A stretch of 64,000 nucleotides of DNA from Octopus vulgaris (GCA_951406725.2 OX597814.1:90582001-90646000), one strand, 5' to 3'; positions 23,320 to 39,851 are shown, counted from the stretch's first letter. Notes: generated by a model not told the origin, from the letters alone. Translations and numbers: made by a program.

Positions 23320-23480
23320 CTGATTGTTCGGAATTTCTTCCGGCTCTTTACGTCTTGAGTTCAGATGCCGCCGAGAACGTCCTCTCCTTTCATCCTTTCG
23401 CGACCGATAAAATGAGTATCGCTCAGATAGTGAGAATGAAGTAATCAACCAGCTCGCCACGAAATTGTGCCAACAGTAGA
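23320..23480 (+). mobile_element. SINE family A, diverged
   Basis: tgagttcagatgccgccgag...cctttcatcctttcgcgaccgataaaatgagta. Confidence 0.6.
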
Positions 23481-26145
23481 GGGTGGCCGATACGATGAAT
23501 TTTTAATTTTTTCCGACAAAATGCCCTGGTGGTAATTTAGGTATAACCCTTACGTTATAAGGTCAACTCTGTCGTTTATGTTTAACTGGTACTTTATTTT
23601 ATAGAGAACGTTGCATAAGGGGGTGGGGGTAAAGGCAAAGTTATCAACAGCAGGATTCGAACACAAAATGTAAAGAGTCGGAACAAATAATTCACTGAAA
23701 TATATTTCGTAATTTCATCAAAACTCCTACTAATAAAAGAAAAATAAGATTTTGATAAAATTTAAACCCATATTGTAAAAAGACATAAGTAGATGCAGCT
23801 ATCGGCATTCTAAAACTTCTGATTTTTCATATCCCTATGGTAATAAAATAATGATTTCTTGGTAATAAAATGATGACTTCTTGAGTAGGGACCATGTCAA
23901 GTAATTTCGAAAGATTAAATCGATTCCGACCCACCAATTACTATACGGTAAATTATATATAAATGTATTTGACATCCCATCACTTAGAAGTAAGGAAAAA
24001 AAAAAGTTAACCCTGTCAGGGGCCCCGAACGCGAACGACATCAATTAAATACCTGACTGTATTTTGTACGTTACTCTTTCGTTTAGATTACACTTGTTTT
24101 GCAAAAAATTTGACCTGAAACCGTATGTTGAATCTAATACTGTTATATTTGGAAAAAAGTAATAATTGGTAAAACCAATAATCACACAAACAGGACTTGC
24201 TTGCCAATATATCACTTATTTATTGTTTTGCAAATGAGCTGCATATTTGTTTATGTCCTCCATAATTATTTTTCGTTGCACCAAAATACACCCATTGATA
24301 AAGATACAGATCGATGCATAGACTATCAAGAAACAATGAGTGTGTTTCTGGGATTTATCAATTAAAAAACTTTCCAAATACAATAAAATTACAATAGTGA
24401 GTCTCCAAACGATCTTGACATTCCTTTTAATTATTTTTGGATGCGAGTATCACTGAGTTGCTACCGTGTTTGATTTTGTGGAGTGATATTTTGGTCAAGT
24501 ATTATTTACGATAACTTTCTGAAAGACCAATGGAAATTCGGTTGACAAGAACTATGTAAAAGCCAACCAGCTGTAATGTACCTGTAATTGAAATGAATTC
24601 AATGTTCCAACTTTATTCAAGTATTGTGTTCTACAGATTCTGCCGCTAAGGGCGGGCATGATTGTAGATTAATCAGACACTTTCATGTTAATTGGAAGAA
24701 TCGGCGATTCAGATGATCAAACATTTAAATTTCCATTGTCGAAACCAACAAAGGATCCTCCCTTTCATTTATTGTTGTATTACAAGCATTATATTGCGTT
24801 GTCTAGTAATCAACTGCTAGTATTATTGGCGGCACTTGTAATTGTGATATCAGTCTTCCTTATCATGTGGAGCAAAGGTTAACTGAGCATTTTTTGTAGT
24901 ATGGTAGTAAAGTTAGTTAAATGGAGATAACTGATAACTTCTAAGATTCTTTTAACGAAGAAGATAAGGCTCCACTTGATTATAATGCAGATATCAAAAC
25001 TGACGTCAAAAGATGTTCGTTCAAGGATGTTGATTATGAATTTTGTGCTACTGGATTTTTTGTAGTTGGTATTGATGATGATGACGATGATTATGGCAGC
25101 GGGGTACAGGAAAATAGCAGCAATCGAGGTGAAGATCACATATGACCATAGCAGTAAAAGAAAAAAAAAAAAAAAGAATCGCAGCGACTAAGTGGCCTAA
25201 TTATTAAATCGGCAGACGAAATACCATATGTTGTATATGCTAGATCCTTGCGTTCTGATTTCGAATTTCACAGAGAGAACTCTGCCTTCCATACTTCCAG
25301 GGTCAACAAAAGTTTATTCCTCTAGGGCAGTGAATTGCTATAGCTGTTACAGTATCTGTCGGGATACCTATTACTTTTTTTATATTTTACCTGCTCTTTG
25401 TGAACTAAGTTCAAATCCACCCGAGGCCTACGTGGGTGGCAGTATTTAGTCATCGCTCAGCTGAATATATTACTTGATACTTTGGGTGGTTTTAGCGGCG
25501 TCTACAGCATTGCAAGCTTTCGGGATAGGTAAACGATTTTGAAGATAATTTCCGCCCTTCACGTTCTCCACTCTCGGTGGTCCAGTAAAGAGCGAAGTGC
25601 AGTAATCCTCTTTCTCCATGAGCGATAAAGGCCTTGTTCATGAATTACCATTGTTGATGATAATGAATATGATAATTAGGAATACGAGATTGATGATAAT
25701 GCCGTTGACAGAGATTAAAATGAATGGTATGATCATCATGATGAAAATAATACATTTTTTTTTGGTTATACATAGCGAAAACACTAAAGAACAGTTCTAA
25801 CATTACTGCTGACTATCATGCAAAGCCGGTATAAAAAGTAGCTGTTTTGTTTAAAAAGGATCGGATACCGGCAATATTCGTTGTGAACTCACGAACTCGA
25901 AATAGCAAACATGCTGCATGAAAGGGGAAGCGTAAAATATTTTCACATATATTTTTCAATCTCCTACGTTAACACTATTTCCTATTATTAAACAGCTAGA
26001 ATTATGAGTGTTTTCCCAGAATGATCTGGGTTTTTTTCTGTAATGGAAAATTTCCAAACACGAACGCTAAAATGCTTTCTATTATAGAATGTTTATCAAG
26101 TACTTTTCGTAAATATGTTTCTGCCCTCTTATAAAATTTTAAGTG

Positions 26146-26185
<40 letters not shown>

Positions 26186-26364
26186 TAATATACATGTATA
26201 CCCAGTTAACTATATCTATTTATGCGATGCACGCATATATGCGTATATGTGTTAAATATGGAGCACAAACGTAATTCATTTTTCGCCTTGGCAAGCGTGA
26301 TTATAATGCATGTTTGTATATGCTTATACGAACATAGATGAATACAAATATACATGCAAGCAAG

Positions 26365-27420
<1,056 letters not shown>

Positions 27421-28739
27421 GGTTTTCGTGGTTTCAGCTTTCGCTGGTATGAGTGATTAATTAGCTACCACGTTTATGCCGAGCTAGCTAACTGCTGGCA
27501 GTTTTCGACTTGTGATATGTGTGCAGAGAATGTTTTCTAAAAAGTGCTGACCACACCCTCACCCACATATATCTTCAGTCTGTAACATACGCAGTTTAGT
27601 CTAGATTTATAGGTATCTGGAAAAACTTTGACATTGATGGTTTACTTAGTTACTTAGGGAAGAAATTTGAACGCTTAGAAATGAGAATTAAATTAGTTGA
27701 AATTTTCCTTCCTCTAACGTAGTGCTTTAGCTGTTGCTCATCCCTATATTACATGCCTATGTTATTCTATATACATGAAACCAATCGAAATATATTGCCT
27801 AATAATGCAGTTCAACCGCATCGTTCATGCATCTTACAATGACATAATATGTGGCAACTGAGCGATTGATAAATAGCACCAAATGCTGGTGTTTGTTGGT
27901 TTTATTCATTTCGTGGGTGTTTTTGTTGTTGTTACTGCTGAGCATCGGATAAGTTCTGATCGAGAACAACTATATAAGATTGATATTGTAATGATTGTCA
28001 TCAATCAAGTTAATACCAGTGGTATTCCAGAGTTTATTTACTCACATATTGACTGTAATAAAGATATTTGCATTGTGTCTCTATCAACTGATATATGGGA
28101 GATGGTAAAAATGTCGAACACATGAGCAAATACAGTATAATAGATAGATTGTCTTTGGAGAGAAATTTCTCGAATGGCTGAACAACATCTGGCAATCTGT
28201 TTCAGATATATAAAAATAAAGTAAACTTGTAACCTCAATACGTCTCTCAGGGTACCAACACCAGTCATCCGGTGAAAGTGTACATAGTTACTCGATTTAT
28301 TAGAAAGACAAGCCAAATATCGCTCAAAACATATCCTGTTGTCTTTAAAAAAGCAATGCTATACGGGGTAATATACTCCTGGCTGCTCTTGAAAGGACAG
28401 GATGATCATGGATAGAACACATTTAGTCATTGGTTTGCTAAAGCGTGGCCGACCTAGGATTGAACAATAACAGTAGCAACCAACTGGCTGGTTTTTCATA
28501 CATTTTTGTATCTTCATAGTTTTACACGGTATGCGAGGAAGACGATCACATGACAAATTGTCGAGTTAGATATATAAGAGAGTAGGTAACTGGAAGTTCA
28601 CTTTCGGATGTGTTAACATGTCAGGGATATTTAAGTTGGCTTTCTAGTAGGCAGAGTGAACTGGTAGAATTTCCTTCTTTTGAACTGATGTTTTAAATAT
28701 TTTGTTTTCATAGACAGACAAATAGATAACTAGATGGAG

Positions 28740-28742
<3 letters not shown>

Positions 28743-28818
<76 letters not shown>

Positions 28819-28833
28819 AAAAGAGAGAGAGAG
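28743..28833. repeat. (TA)n(GA)n microsatellite
   Basis: Direct inspection. Confidence 0.95.
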
Positions 28834-30344
28834 AATGGGGCACAAGGGAAATATTTATTTCAGTTTGCGTAGACACCATGTTTCTGTAGGCATAATTTCA
28901 AATGAAACAATGCTTGCGAAGGAAGGAAAGAGATATCGCACGAGGATGTACATTTTCTCAGATCCTTAAACCAATGTGCTCGGTACAGTTTTTAAACAGC
29001 TGGTCTGTCATTCACACTTATAAGAATATTTTAGACAGTGGGATATTAATATATTCATCCACAAGTAGCAGTCAATACAGAGTGCCTTTACGTAGTCTTT
29101 ACGTAGACATGGTAGAAATAAGAGCATAGTTCTAGGAAGGTAATGTTTGAAAAAAAAAGGAAGACAAGATGGCATAGCTTCAATACTTCCTCCTCATCCT
29201 CCCTCCTCCTCCCATCCCCTCCCCTTCCTCCTCCACTTCCTCCTCCTTATCATCACCATAATAACCATCATCATTATCATTCGATCTGATGCAAAACAAT
29301 GACAAATTCTGGTGCACGTTATTAGGAGACCTTTTGCTTGTTTACCGTAATGGGAAGAAGTATTTACCTTTTAATAGAAGGAAATGCGTCGAAGTTTCCT
29401 CCAGTATAATTCAGAATAATGGCGGTTTTATCCGCTCACGCAATGTATTTTTCTATTTTCGATGACGTTATATTGAGAGCACACGTTAAAATTTTTTTGA
29501 GATATACAAGATAAGGATCGCGTTTAGCAACGAGTCATCACATATAGTCTGAGGCTAGAATGATTATATCAGTATATAGATTTTCACCAGTAGTTTTGTG
29601 CATATTTGTACACACAGAATTAATTATTCTCGTATTTCTCTTAAAATTTTGAAAAATGTAGTGAAACATCTGCAGAAGATTTTTGAGATTTATTGACGTT
29701 TATTTAACACTATGAAACCAATTTAGCATTAACTCTTACAACTTCCTATGGTTATATTGTAAATAATCTTACTAATAAAGTTTTTAATGCAGATTAAGGA
29801 CCAAAATTAATTGGCATCACTGGGTGTGAGTGTAATTCAGGTTAGGATAAATAGAGAACTACATACTCAATTGCACTTACTTCAGGTAATCTACCCTGTG
29901 AACTTCCCCAAGTTATGAATAATTATAAGAGAAAATAGACCCTGTATGAAGCTATACGACCTCCTCGGTGTAGTAGCCAAATCCCTCATCAAACTACACC
30001 TTACAATTGTAAAAATGGATGGTCACATTTATAAAATATAGACTTATATATAAGAGAGAGAGAGAGAGAAAGAGAGAGAGAGTGAGCGGGAGAGATAATG
30101 ATGCAAATAATCGAATAAAACTGCTTGGTTTTGATTATTTGTTTATTAAGAGTTATATTTATTTATTTGGATCATTATCCCCATATCTACTCACCTGGAT
30201 TCCTCTTATAGCCACTCTTTACCCTGCGGAACTGCTCCTCGTTTAAAACTTCAGAGTGTAAGTTCGACTCAGTTGAGCGGTATTAAGAGATTTTTTTTTT
30301 ATATTGAGATTCTCTGGATCTTAACTGTTAACTCTCTCTCTCAC

Positions 30345-30378
<34 letters not shown>

Positions 30379-31123
30379 GTATATATACTTTTTCTGGATG
30401 AAATATGAGACTGCCTCGGTTCAAATGTTTTTGGTCACTGATCAGTTCGATTAGAGTTGACATAGGAATAAACCACAATATTCAAAAACAACATTAATCT
30501 TGATTTATTACCTAACTACAAAGAAGTATTCTTGTGCGCGAAAAGAGGTGATTTATCTTTGTTGAGCTATCGAGGCAAATCGTAAAATTGGCATATGGGA
30601 GTTGTATGAAATGCGATCCAATGCTGGATCAATATAAACAGCAAGAAAGCCATCGTTTTATTTGCTCTAATGAATCGTAAGACATTCTCAAAAAATACAA
30701 GATACACGTTTGATTATTCTCTTGCTCGCGGCTTTCTCGAAGACGTTACGAAGTTTTCAATAGAATATCAAATACAGATCGGACATACATAAATCTAGCA
30801 AAATGCTGCTACACAGTAGTATATCTGAATGATAATATTTTGCGTATATTCCTTTCCTCTTTCTATCTTGATGAGAGTTTTATACGTATACTCACGCCTT
30901 TAGGTCCATAAAGATTATAAAATTACGAAACGTGAAACTGAATCTCTGTACTCCAACTGTTTGGCTATATTCTATAAATAATAAGAGAAACTACTAGATT
31001 ATGTAATATAGAAGCACGTATATACGTACGCATGTATGTGTTTACCTACATATTATGTATATATATATGCGCGCGCGCACAAACACACACGCACATATAT
31101 ACTTCTATCTTCCTATCGATACA

Positions 31124-31175
<52 letters not shown>

Positions 31176-31720
31176 GAGGGCATTATTATACATACATGCC
31201 ACACGCTAAGAGGGACATTAGTCATTTCTACCAAAAATTTTACTAATCTTACCCAATGCAATTTTTCAAAGCAAGACATTTAAAAAATGAATTTAGTCTT
31301 GTATCACCTGTGATTTCGTACTTACGTACTCATCAGCAAGACTGGTTCTGAACGCATCATAAATAAACAACCTGTCTCGCCGAAGCCAAACAGCTAACTG
31401 TTCAACCCCAACGAAGCACATGGGGAAGTTTACATATAATACATCCGGTAAATGGCAGGCTTCTTCGAATTGCATTTCGGGTAGGAAAAGTTTTTTTTCA
31501 CGCTATCTACCTGATAATTTCTTGTTAAGATTCCTTATTAAGAAGTTATCCTTAATTGTTAAATATATATATATATATATATGTAAATGTACACGGACAA
31601 GTATTTATACACACAAACACACACACGCATATATGTATACATACATATACAAATATATATATATATATATATATGCGTATGCGCACATACACACTACACT
31701 CACAGAGAGATGAGGAGAGA

Positions 31721-31783
<63 letters not shown>

Positions 31784-32761
31784 AAGCATAGATTTATAAG
31801 TTTGATAGAACAAACAGAATGAATATATTTCAATGCATGAGTGTCTATAATAAAATGTTTTGGAGTTGGCAGAAATTTGTAGATAACTGAAAGACCGAAT
31901 GTTTCGCCAATAGCACTTATACATACATACAATGTGACTGTTTCATCCCCCAAGATGTCTGCCGTCTCTTTGTGCTTCCCCTTTCATAATTGTAGTTCTG
32001 GTTTTCTAGCCATGACCGCTCAAATGACTATTCATTCTCGTTGCCACCTTGTATAGGAGCCAGACGTTAGTTGTAAATTGCAGTACGCTTCCAATTGGTT
32101 AGGCCATCACAGATCACCACTCTTCAATCGTCATTGGACTTTCAATGGATGACACGACAAAATAATATTACCATAAAAACATATATGTGCGCCATCGGTT
32201 AATAATGATGAGCGTTTGAACAATGCGAACATTTGTCTCTGAGTAACCGGGATTAGTTCTTAGTGACAAGCCGACGCTAGATGATATCTAATTACCTGAA
32301 GCTGCAGGTTTTTACATCAGTGTGTCCCTCTTCTAGAAGTATACAGTGACAGTAACTGCTGGTCTCTTACTCTTGCAATGTTACTGCGCTCTATGACACC
32401 CTCCAAAGGTATTTCTCAATTCGCCCACTCGGATGGAATGTCATCACATGTGTTACTAAAATCATCGTTGCGGTCCTAACAGATATTACTCTTCTGGGTC
32501 AGCGTAGACCTTGGAACACTTGTAGCTAAGATGGTTTCTCATTCCTCAAAGTCCTAGATCTCCTGGACGTAGTTTGAAGATAGACGCAGGACCTATCTAC
32601 TTACGTACTTTACACACTGTTGTACATTTCGCACCTACTTACACACCTACCTACCTACCTACATACATACATGCATGTATACATACATACATACATACAT
32701 ACATACATACATACATACATACATACATGTATACATGCTTACATGCGTGTATACAAATATA

Positions 32762-33587
32762 CAGGGTGCGGTGAATATATTGACGTCTAAATTACGCAAA
32801 AACTGAAAATAACACTGACACCTCATTTTGACCGATATATTCACCAAAATTACATAAGAATATCTTGAAATACTAAAGAGTAAATTTATTCAATAAAATC
32901 GCCATTGCCTTCAATACGGCTTCCAGACGACTTCGGAATCTCTTCTGCACGGTCACCTTGTTTAAGTTGGCAAATGCTGCCATAATCCTTGCCTTTCAGT
33001 TCATCTTTAGTATTACAAGGAGTTTTGTTGGTCTCTCGATCAACTGCGCCCCACACATAATAATCAAAAGGGTTGCAGTATGGAGAGTTAGATGGTCAGA
33101 TGTTAGGAGTGATGTGGTCGCAGAAATTTTCTGACAGCAATGACTGGGTTCTCCTCCTTGTGCATCACGTTGCAGAATCCTATTGCCAAACATAGGGTCT
33201 TCCAGCAGCCACCCATTTCACCCAGAGCAGCACTACATCCTCTAGGTTCCTGATATAAGCCTCCTTGTTGAGTCTTAGGCCGTCTGGGAAGTTGAATGTT
33301 GACTGGATGCTTGATTTTTATCATCTCGGTACATGCTTTGGGGACACAAGTCAAACGTGGTTCTGCATGTTCCCCATGTGTTCAAATTGGAAATTCTGGC
33401 ATGAATGCCAAGCAGTACAGTATATCGTTTCCAAATTTCTAGCTGAGTGAATTGCTTCATGGTGCTGTTTTTCTCACAGACGGTGCCCATCTGACCGTAT
33501 TATACCGTGTTGTCGACAAAATCAAAAACAATAAGCATGCGCGAAATTAAAAATACAAAATGCCGACAATTTACAAACCACACCCTG
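32762..33587 (-). mobile_element. Tc1/mariner-superfamily deletion derivative (DD37D/maT-like) with TIRs and TA TSD
   Basis: Left TA|CAGGGTGCGGTGAATATATTGACG; right end reverse complement TA|CAGGGTGTGGTTTGTAAATTGTCG. The minus strand encodes PNI*PSNSPYCNPFDYYVWG (WPxxSPDLNPxD motif). Confidence 0.85.
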
Positions 33588-33591
33588 TAGC

Positions 33592-33662
<71 letters not shown>

Positions 33663-34677
33663 GTGTGTGTGTATATATGTATGCGTCTGTGGTTCTCTCT
33701 CTCTCTATCTCCCTATATATATATACATATACCCAGCAGTCTTCTTTCAGTTTCCGCCAACCAATTTCACTCACATTATTTTGTGAGTGGATATGGTTGC
33801 GCGAAATAAAAATATAAAAATGGCAACAATTTACCCATCACAATCTGTATATACAGGTATGTATGTATATATGCATGCATGTATGTATCCATATATATAT
33901 GCATACATACATTGATATATTTATGCATATATATGTACGTGCTTACATCCATGCAATATTGTTCATCGTAATTATATCGTGAATTTCATTGCCCAATGAG
34001 GAACACTGTAAGATCGGATTTCATAAATATTTGCCTATTTCCTACTAAAATTGAAGGAAATATTGTTGGGCAGTGATTGACCAGGAAGACAAGCTGATAC
34101 GCGCATGTATCTGTCCTCAACTCTCTGTATGTCTGTCTGCCTGTCTGTCTTTCTTTCTCGTATACTTTCTACTTCATATCTTGAAAGAGTTGAATGGTGT
34201 GTGCATGTGTGTATGAATTACATCTATTTCATTATATGAGATAGGTCGTTGCAGTAAGTGTCATTGTGAGTTATGAGCTACGCATGAAGGGTGTGATATG
34301 TAGTGTGGGAATTGATAACTGCGTTTCGGTTACATATATCGCTGTAATTATGTTTCATAAGGATAAACATACATCATTCCTCATACTTAAAAATACAAAA
34401 TTAATCGTGAACATATATACATATACATATAAGCGAGAGTGTTCAATAAAAAGGAATGTGGTTTAGGATAATGATATACACAACAATACAGCTAATATAA
34501 AGGGACACTTGAAAATATAATTAAGTCACATATATGTCGAAATATATTTTGATTTATTTTAATGACTCATCCTACAGGCGGTATTTATAAATCGCTGCTT
34601 ATGTATCAATGTGAGCATAAAACCACCTACACACACAAGTGCGCGCGCAAATGTATATATATATATATGCACGTAAA

Positions 34678-34755
<78 letters not shown>

Positions 34756-34810
34756 TACATATATGTATATATGTATACATATATGTATATATGCATATAT
34801 AAATATATAT

Positions 34811-34856
<46 letters not shown>

Positions 34857-34924
34857 TATGTATATGTGTATATATGCATATATATATATTTATATATGCT
34901 ATATGTATATGCATATATGTATAT

Positions 34925-35332
34925 CATGTCCTTCTGTCTAACTTCTGTTCTACTTCCACTTTCCTGCCCTTTTCTCTTTCTCTTTTCATTTTTTGTCGCC
35001 ACCAATAATACCTACACCGACATTCACACCTGTCACCATGCCTGACCTCCACTCCTTCCTCCAGCACCTTCAATCCCTTCTTTGTAGAAAGAACCATTTC
35101 TTCACTCATTCCTCTTCCGACATTCCAATATGTGACCGCGTGTGTATTATTGACGATTTTCTTTCTCTGTCTTCCTTTCTTTGTACTTTTTCAATATTTC
35201 TGATGAAGAGCTCCGCTCGAAACGTGAAATCCTTTTTCTTTTCTTTCCTTTCCTGATCGTCCAATAACACAGTAATTGTACCACGTCCTTGTATTATTGC
35301 TTTTTCTTGCTTGTTCTTGTTTGGATTGATCA
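34925..35332 (+). mobile_element. Short pyrimidine-rich element with a hammerhead core, flanked by (TA)n on both sides
   Basis: Contains CTGATGA-A-GAGC-TCC-GCTC-GAAAC (35200-35223). Downstream TTCCTGA.CGT...AATA resembles 7073-7093. Confidence 0.55.
35196..35230 (+). ncRNA. Minimal hammerhead ribozyme motif (cleavage triplet appears mutated to GUG)
   Basis: ATTT-CTGATGA-aGAGC(tcc)GCTC-GAAAC-GTG-AAAT. Confidence 0.6.
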
Positions 35333-35390
35333 TTTATATGTATATACGTATATATGCATATATATGCATATATGTACATATGTATATATG

Positions 35391-35427
<37 letters not shown>

Positions 35428-35514
35428 ATATTAAACTGTAAGAATGAGTGCTCAAGACTACATTGGTGAATGAATATATTTTATTTGTCGGTTAACAAGT
35501 CTACCAATGGGAGA

Positions 35515-35670
35515 ATAGGCGCAGGCCTGGCTGTGAGATAAGAAGGTGGCTTCCCAGCCACATAGTTTCATGTTCAGTTCCACTGCGTGGCATCTTGAGG
35601 AAGTGTCTTCCACTATAGCCTCAGGGCTTGTGAGTGGATTTGGTGAACGGAAACTGAAAGAAACCTGTTC
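35515..35670 (+). mobile_element. SINE family B 5' part with intact tRNA-like head
   Basis: A-box-like TGGCTGTGAG and B-box-like GTTCAGTTCC, followed by GAAGTGTCTTCCACTATAGCC. Confidence 0.75.
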
Positions 35671-35684
35671 TATACATATATGAG

Positions 35685-35747
<63 letters not shown>

Positions 35748-35828
35748 ATGCGTATATATATATATATATATAGATATATATATATATATACACACACACA
35801 AACACATATACCTTTGTCCAACCAGTCG

Positions 35829-36010
35829 CCATGATTGACTGCTAAATGCACAAGTTCTTTTATTCTCTCTCTGTTTATTTCCTCGTGTTCCTTTATGTTG
35901 AAGAGTGTAGGCTCGACGCATCAAAGACTTTCTCATCTTAACGAGTCAAACTGATACACCTGTTTGTTGTTTATACACCTGTCTTCTTCTTTTGTTTTTC
36001 TGTACATTTC
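35829..36010 (+). mobile_element. Short repeat homologous to 6955-7152, hammerhead core decayed
   Basis: cctttatgttgaagagtgtaggctcgacgcatcaaagactttctc...acacctgtttgttg..acacctgtcttc. Confidence 0.55.
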
Positions 36011-36186
36011 AGCTTTATATGTTTATACATATATAAAATATAAATCAGAGGTTATGCTACCATTTATGGGATAGATGTATCCGTAGGCACCCTTGGTATA
36101 TTACCTCAGCATGTATGGCCCTCGTTATAAGGTATACATACGGTGGTAGGTAATTTGACGGTAAAACCGTGGTTTAATATATGTAT

Positions 36187-36331
36187 AGACGATAAGAAAT
36201 GGAGCAATAATTAACAATGAGAAGTGGATCATTGGCGTTTTAAAGTCATTGTTTAATTAATTTCAATAATGACTTTAAAACACCAATGTTCTACTTCTTA
36301 TTATTAATTATTGCTCCATTTGTTATCGTCT
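36187..36331. repeat. Long foldback: 65-bp arms (~7 mismatches) with a short AT-rich loop
   Basis: AGACGATAAGAAATGGAGCAATAATTAA...TTTAAAGTCATT pairs with AATGACTTTAAA...TTAATTATTGCTCCATTTGTTATCGTCT. Confidence 0.9.
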
Positions 36332-38559
36332 CACTCTCTCTCTTCTCTCTCTCTCTGTATATATATATATACACACACACAATATATATATATATACATT
36401 AGACTTATGTGTCTGTGTGTGTGTGTATATACACACACACACACACATTTGACTGCAAACTATCTGCAATGAGACAGTGATATAAACCGGAGATGGATAA
36501 AGAAATTTGATTACTATTTGCATTATCAATTTCAAAATGATAGGCCACGCTTATTACATGGTATTTGGCAAACAATAACTCTGTTGCCTTGAGTTTCCAA
36601 TTGGCCAACTAATGAAATTTTCATGACGATGAGAATACAAAGGAAAATCTTCAACCCGATGTAGAACAAATATCTCTAGCGTCTCCGTTCTAGAAGCACT
36701 ATCCGTGAAAGTTTCTCAGATATACACACACAGGTGATATGCTTCCACACAAGTTATGCTCATAATGTTCTACTCAAAACGCATTGACCAACCCAAAGCT
36801 ATAGAATAAATCATTTGGTCAAGATGCCGCTCGGTGGCATCGAACCTGAAACAACATGACTGCGAAGGAAACTCCTTAATCACTCCACCACACCTGCATT
36901 CATTGCATCTCAGGATATAAGCTAAATAATTGAAATGATTTAATCCGTAATTTCAGCGCGTCTGCAACTCCTTCACCTTTGTAATAACAATAATAAGAAC
37001 AACACTAAGAAAAACATCTGTTGTAATTCTAACACCGGTAATGTGTGAACACTGAATATCTTGTCTCTCCTTTCAATGCTTCACAGCAGCTTTGATCACG
37101 AGCAAGATTAATTCGTTTCCAATCAACTCTTGTCGGCTTACTTGTGCTGTGCAAATATCGTTTAGCTGCTCTGCATAATCACATTTGATAGACATGGTGG
37201 CGCATTATTTTACATCAATTTCCCCACCTGTTTGGTTTCAACACTGTAATGCTGCCGTTTCTATTGTCTCCTTCATTCTGTTATTTTTTTTTTATTTTTC
37301 TTTAATTTTTTTTCATATTTTTACCAATTACATTGTGTTTATGCTTGCGAGGTTTTCTTTTCTTTACTTCTAAATTTGTTACCACAACCAATAGTAACAT
37401 TTATCGAAATCAGCTAAATTTTATCACTTACGACAGCAATAAGACTGCCATCTATGTGCCCACGCAACTATTGTTATCACTAGTGCTTAAATGCATTAAA
37501 ACTCTCGCTCGCTACTATTGTCAATAACAATAGCATCACTTGTTATCATAACATTGCTGTCGCCACAGGCAAACTGGATGTTCTCTATATTGTATCAAAA
37601 TAACACCCAGTATAATCATTTTCTTAAAGGCAGCTACCATCACGAACACCACCGACACCATCATATTCACCATCACCAACATCAACAACCGCATCACTAC
37701 CACCAGATAGACAACAATAACGATCCCCTTCCTAAAATCTTCTGCACCACACCATCAAATAAAACAACAGAACCTACACCATCATCACTATTACGACCAT
37801 TACCACAGCTAAGTATAACATTATTGGCCTTAGAGCGAGTTTTCCCATCAATGATGGGTTGCAAAAAGCAGTAACTAAATCTTTATCAAATTACATACTA
37901 CCACCTTCGTAAATACATATTCTCTCCAGTGTTATCTTGGGAAATTAGCAGGATAGTTACTGCTAGAAATTCCTTGCTCACAGGCCATCACGATAATCTG
38001 GATTAAATACCAAAATTCAAAATAAGGACATATTATAGTACTATCGTAAATACCGGAATAACATCTATATACATAGTGAAATCTTAAAGCATACCAGGTA
38101 GCCATTTCTATCTCTTACGCAGCTATAAGAATCACCACCACTATCAACAACAACTAGAATAATAATATATTATCTTCTTGTACTAAGATTTACAGAGTTC
38201 TTTACTAGAAACCTGTGCAATAACTAGCATATTGAATGTACTCAAAATGAATTCAAACTATACCAAATAATTGCACCATGAATGCCCTTACTATCTCCAA
38301 GTAATATGTTTAGATATCTACCGACTTTAGATTCTCCAATATTGCAGTGTTCAGCATTGGGACCTGCTGACAGGCAAGTGCATACGGAAGATAAAAGTGG
38401 ATACTTCATGCCTGAATTTATAAATATATATCATGGACTCCCTCGTTGTTAGATGATACAGGAGGGTTCTGCAATTTCTTGCTGAACAACCACACAGATA
38501 TGTTTATTGTGATAAAATATTTGTGCTCAAATAAGGTCGCTCCTTCCATCGATATTACC

Positions 38560-38666
38560 TGTACAGGTGTACTAGGTACCACATGTCATGAGCACAACGC
38601 AACGCCCGAGATCGACACCACGATGTCGCAATCGTAATTGCAACATCCTAACCACTACACCATGCG

Positions 38667-38668
<2 letters not shown>
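38560..38668 (-). mobile_element. tRNA-derived SINE head (third family), diverged
   Basis: Reverse complement AGGCGCATGGTGTAGTGGTTAGG...GTCGATCTC...GCGTTGTG; similar to 40790-40885. Confidence 0.5.
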
Positions 38669-38714
<46 letters not shown>

Positions 38715-38899
38715 CACACACATCGATACATACATATACGCACACAGATACACACACATAAAGACACACAGCCCATTATTTGAATGGGCCATAATACCAC
38801 AAAACTTGACCATCCAATGACTTAACTGATGCTATCACGTGTTGCTATTCCGATAGGCATAGTCTGAGGCCAATCTTTGTTGAGACATATCTAAATTTT

Positions 38900-39255
<356 letters not shown>

Positions 39256-39817
39256 ACGCACAAAAGACTACGTAGTGTAAAAATCCAAAGAAGGAAGAAA
39301 TGGCATATTCCGAATGCTGTAACATCGGTTCACAGATATGCGGTCAACCACCTGTGTAACAAAGCCTGATCAAGTTGTAATGAGTGGTGCTATTCAACAT
39401 TCCTAACAACAAATATATAGAGAAAACACACCGCATCGGTAGTCAGATGTTCATTATTCATGTTGAGATCCAAAGCGTATGCAATACTAAAGAAGCAAAG
39501 TTACCATCATACTTAGATACAAGAATGGGGTTTTGTTGCTTATCCAGTTGCAGTCTCTTACTAACGATTCGGATTGCCCAACACTTTGTGGATGGAAATC
39601 TGTAATTGGAATTCGTTTCAAATGTACGTGTGTGTGTGTAAATGTATGTGTGTATGTCTGCCTGTCTGTGTCTGTGTAAAGAATATATGTCAAATTGAAG
39701 GATCACTAAATAATATTAAGTAGAGTGTCGCACTTATTTTAGATTTTGAAAGAAAATTGTAGATTATCATTTGAAAATGTTGGCGTAGTTGCCATTGTTA
39801 GTCGATGTTTCTGTCTG

Positions 39818-39851
<34 letters not shown>

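Noticed and set aside
23900-24620. Possible decayed minus-strand PLE GIY-YIG region
   Set aside because: Only faint motif remnants; cannot be supported without BLASTX.
35515-35600. tRNA genes
   Set aside because: The tRNA-like segments are SINE heads without a full cloverleaf or acceptor stem.
37518-37874. His-rich 118-aa ORF
   Set aside because: Decayed (CAC/CAT/CAA)n low-complexity sequence.
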